From IMG/VR virus record IMGVR_UViG_3300020403_000076, positions 1 to 26,370 of that record: a stretch of 26,370 nucleotides of DNA; one strand, 5' to 3'. The notes below the pieces were generated by a model. That model was not told the origin of the DNA and ran no database searches. It was given only the letters and a program-made list of their open reading frames with translations. The DNA is from a virus. Lineage: Duplodnaviria; Caudoviricetes. The first letter of the stretch is position 1. Every line of letters starts with the position of its first letter. Both the position numbers and the translations under genes were made by a program. Of the stretch, positions 24,195-26,370 are shown in pieces.

Positions 24195-25646
24195 ATGAAA
24201 AAATATGCACATAAAACAAAGCCTTACGAGCATCAAGAGACTGTGTTCCGTGATTCGTGGGACGTAGAAAACTATGCACTGTTTATGGAAATGGGTACGG
24301 GCAAGTCGAAGATTGCCATTGATACAATTGGTGCATTATATGAAGAAGGCCGCATCGACACAGCGTTTATTGTTGCTCCAAAAGGCGTATTTCACAACTG
24401 GTCACAAAAAGAAATTATAGCACATTTGCCTGACCGCATTGAACGCAGGGTGCTGAGCTGGCAGCCCAATATCACTAAAACTTTTAAAAAAGAATTTGAA
24501 GAGTTTTGCAAGCCCGGTTGCTTGCGTATTTTCGTTATGAATGTTGAAGCGTTTAGCACAAGCAAAGGAGCTACGACGGCTGCTTGGTTTGGCAGGCTAT
24601 TCGGTCCGAAGGGGCTTATGGTAGTAGACGAATCTACGACTATAAAAAACCGAAAAGCTGCTAGAACTAAAGCCGTTGTTAAGACGGGGGAGTTGTTTGC
24701 TTACAAACGTCTCCTGACAGGCTCCCCCGTCACCAAATCCCCTATGGATTTATACTCGCAATGTGAGTTCTTAGACCCACGCCTTTTAGGCTTCAACAGC
24801 TATTACTCATTTCAGGGACGCTACGCTGTAATACAGCGGCGTCAGTTTGGCAGTAGATCCATAAATCAAATTGTAGGCTTTCAGCGTTTAGAGGAGCTAA
24901 ACAGTAAACTTGATTCGTTTAGCCGACGTGTTCTGAAGCAGGATTGTTTAGATTTGCCTGAGAAAATTTATATCCGGCGTGAGGTAGAACTTACAGATGA
25001 ACAGAAAAACCTGTATCGGCAGATGAGTAAGCTCGCTCTGGCTCAGTTAAATGACGGTAGTCTTGTTACCACTAACAATGTACTTACGCAGATTATGCGC
25101 CTGCAGCAAATTTGCTGTGGTTTTATAAAGAACGACGAAGATGAAATCCGTGAAATAAAATCCAACAGACTTCACGAGCTTGTGAATATTTGTGAAGAAA
25201 CCACTGGCAAAGTCATTATCTGGGCTAGTTACGTTCACGATATTGAAAAGATTTGTGAAATGCTCACAAAAGAGTATGGCCCAGATAGTTTCGGTGCGTT
25301 CTACGGAGCCACAGCGCAGGACGAAAGACAGCGTATTGTGCAAGACTTTCAGGACCCTGATTCGCCCATGCGGTTCTTTGTCGGCAACAGTCGAACTGGC
25401 GGGTTCGGTATCACACTCACAGCCGCAAATACCGTGGTATATTATAGCAATAACTACGACTTAGAGATACGGCTGCAGTCTGAAGATAGAGCGCACCGAA
25501 TTGGTCAAACAAACAATGTTACTTACGTTGACCTCGTCAGCCCTAAAACAATTGATGACAGAATATTGACTGCCCTTCAGAATAAGCAGAACATAGCTAA
25601 CGTCGTTTTAGGGGAGGAGATAAGAGAATGGTTCAATACAGAGTAG
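24195..25646 (+). CDS. SNF2-family (superfamily 2) helicase
   Basis: FMEMGTGKSK, VVDEST, LLTGSPV, DLYSQ, GGFGITLT, QSEDRAHRIGQ. Confidence 0.93.
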   Translation: MKKYAHKTKPYEHQETVFRDSWDVENYALFMEMGTGKSKIAIDTIGALYEEGRIDTAFIVAPKGVFHNWSQKEIIAHLPDRIERRVLSWQPNITKTFKKEFEEFCKPGCLRIFVMNVEAFSTSKGATTAAWFGRLFGPKGLMVVDESTTIKNRKAARTKAVVKTGELFAYKRLLTGSPVTKSPMDLYSQCEFLDPRLLGFNSYYSFQGRYAVIQRRQFGSRSINQIVGFQRLEELNSKLDSFSRRVLKQDCLDLPEKIYIRREVELTDEQKNLYRQMSKLALAQLNDGSLVTTNNVLTQIMRLQQICCGFIKNDEDEIREIKSNRLHELVNICEETTGKVIIWASYVHDIEKICEMLTKEYGPDSFGAFYGATAQDERQRIVQDFQDPDSPMRFFVGNSRTGGFGITLTAANTVVYYSNNYDLEIRLQSEDRAHRIGQTNNVTYVDLVSPKTIDDRILTALQNKQNIANVVLGEEIREWFNTE

Positions 25647-25819
25647 AAGACGGGCCTATCAAGAAAGCCCTTGATTCGGGCCGTTGTCCGCGTTGCTTGT
25701 GCCAGATGCAGCCCGTTGATGTTCATGGGCATCAACAATGCGCTGTGTGCAAGTTTTACGTCGTTGAATGTTGTGACGGCGAGACGTGTTTAACTGGTAA
25801 TGCGGTTCAAGAAGCTTAA
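25628..25819 (+). CDS. Small zinc-ribbon-like protein
   Basis: 63 aa, CPRC...VHGHQQCAVC...ECCDG. Confidence 0.68.
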   Translation: MVQYRVEDGPIKKALDSGRCPRCLCQMQPVDVHGHQQCAVCKFYVVECCDGETCLTGNAVQEA

Positions 25820-26368
25820 AAGCTCTCTGGCCCCCATGTCTTTGTCTTGAAGTTTTTTTCTAAATTGAAAACCAATACCTCGGTCTTCAGGACTAAACGT
25901 TACTCCTAAATCGCCTCCAAAAATTTTAGTTGATCCACCAAGGTCTTCACCCGTTGCCAATTGTTTAACTATTTCAGAAATCTTAGAAAGTTCGGGGTAA
26001 TCTAACTTTGCTACCTGTGCCTGACCTTCTGTTCTTGGGCTTAGAGGTTGAGAAATAATTTCTCGCAACATTTCCGCTGGGGTCATTTCTTGCGACTGTT
26101 CATACGGGCCAAGCTCTGGTTCAGGCGCAAAGAACCGCAAACCCCCTTGACGACCTAAACCTTCGTTAGGGGCGTTTACTAACTCAGGTGGTTTTGCCGC
26201 TATAGAATCTAATACTTCTGAAGGAAATAAGCTCTGGAATGAAATTGTATCTATTTCATCCATAGGGCGGGAAGTGACCGTGTCTATTTCATCCATAGGG
26301 CGGGAAGTGACCGTGTCTATTTCATCCATAGGACGCCCAGTTTGGGTGTCTATGGTATAGCGGTCTAA
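25790..26368 (-). CDS. Partial hypothetical (possibly virion) protein with 11-aa tandem repeats; starts beyond the right edge
   Basis: The frame stays open to the window edge: ...LDRYTIDTQTGRPMDEIDTVTSRPMDEIDTVTSRPMDEIDTISFQ... Confidence 0.7.
   Translation of the reverse strand, partial: LDRYTIDTQTGRPMDEIDTVTSRPMDEIDTVTSRPMDEIDTISFQSLFPSEVLDSIAAKPPELVNAPNEGLGRQGGLRFFAPEPELGPYEQSQEMTPAEMLREIISQPLSPRTEGQAQVAKLDYPELSKISEIVKQLATGEDLGGSTKIFGGDLGVTFSPEDRGIGFQFRKKLQDKDMGARELLSFLNRITS
26247..26353. repeat. 33-bp coding tandem repeat (about 3.2 copies)
   Basis: Unit GTGTCTATTTCATCCATAGGGCGGGAAGTGACC starting at 26247, 26280 and 26313 (diverged), with a partial copy at 26346. Confidence 0.92.
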
Positions 26369-26370
26369 AG

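Noticed and set aside
26247-26353. 33-bp repeats as a CRISPR array
   Set aside because: The units are contiguous with no spacers, keep the reading frame, and no cas genes are present.
1-26370. tRNA/rRNA genes, integrase, transposase, introns or inteins
   Set aside because: None was recognised by eye. TerL, polymerase and helicases have ordinary lengths with uninterrupted motifs. A tRNAscan-SE/Infernal run would be needed to exclude RNA genes formally.

Overview
The window is part of a tailed dsDNA phage genome. It is most reminiscent of marine podovirus-type phages of Alphaproteobacteria, but that host and group assignment is inference only. From left to right it holds four modules. (1) A packaging/head module on the - strand: a portal gene running off the left edge (absent from the ORF track), a 1143-aa polyvalent protein with HExxH metallopeptidase-like and ADP-ribosyltransferase-like domains, and terL. 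(2) An ~840-bp repeat-rich non-coding region, then a block of small early-type genes (Cys-rich protein, DUF932, DpnD/PcfM-like) organised as terminator-promoter-gene cassettes; this block separates terL from a VRR-NUC nuclease and terS. (3) An AT-rich GTTAC-repeat region, small hypothetical genes, a PD-(D/E)XK nuclease divergent from an amino-methyltransferase, and a small operon (ribbon-helix-helix regulator, TSCPD-like protein, ArfA-like peptide). (4) A replication module (family A polymerase, DUF3310, UvrD-like helicase, primase, SSB, SNF2 helicase) and a partial repeat-containing gene at the right edge. The most notable observations are a phage ArfA-like ribosome-rescue ORF with an intrinsic terminator inside its coding sequence (predicted non-stop mRNA), an 18-bp palindrome TATAAGA-N4-TCTTATA repeated in five intergenic or promoter regions, and the ART/peptidase polyvalent protein between terL and portal. 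All family calls come from motif recognition by eye, not database searches.
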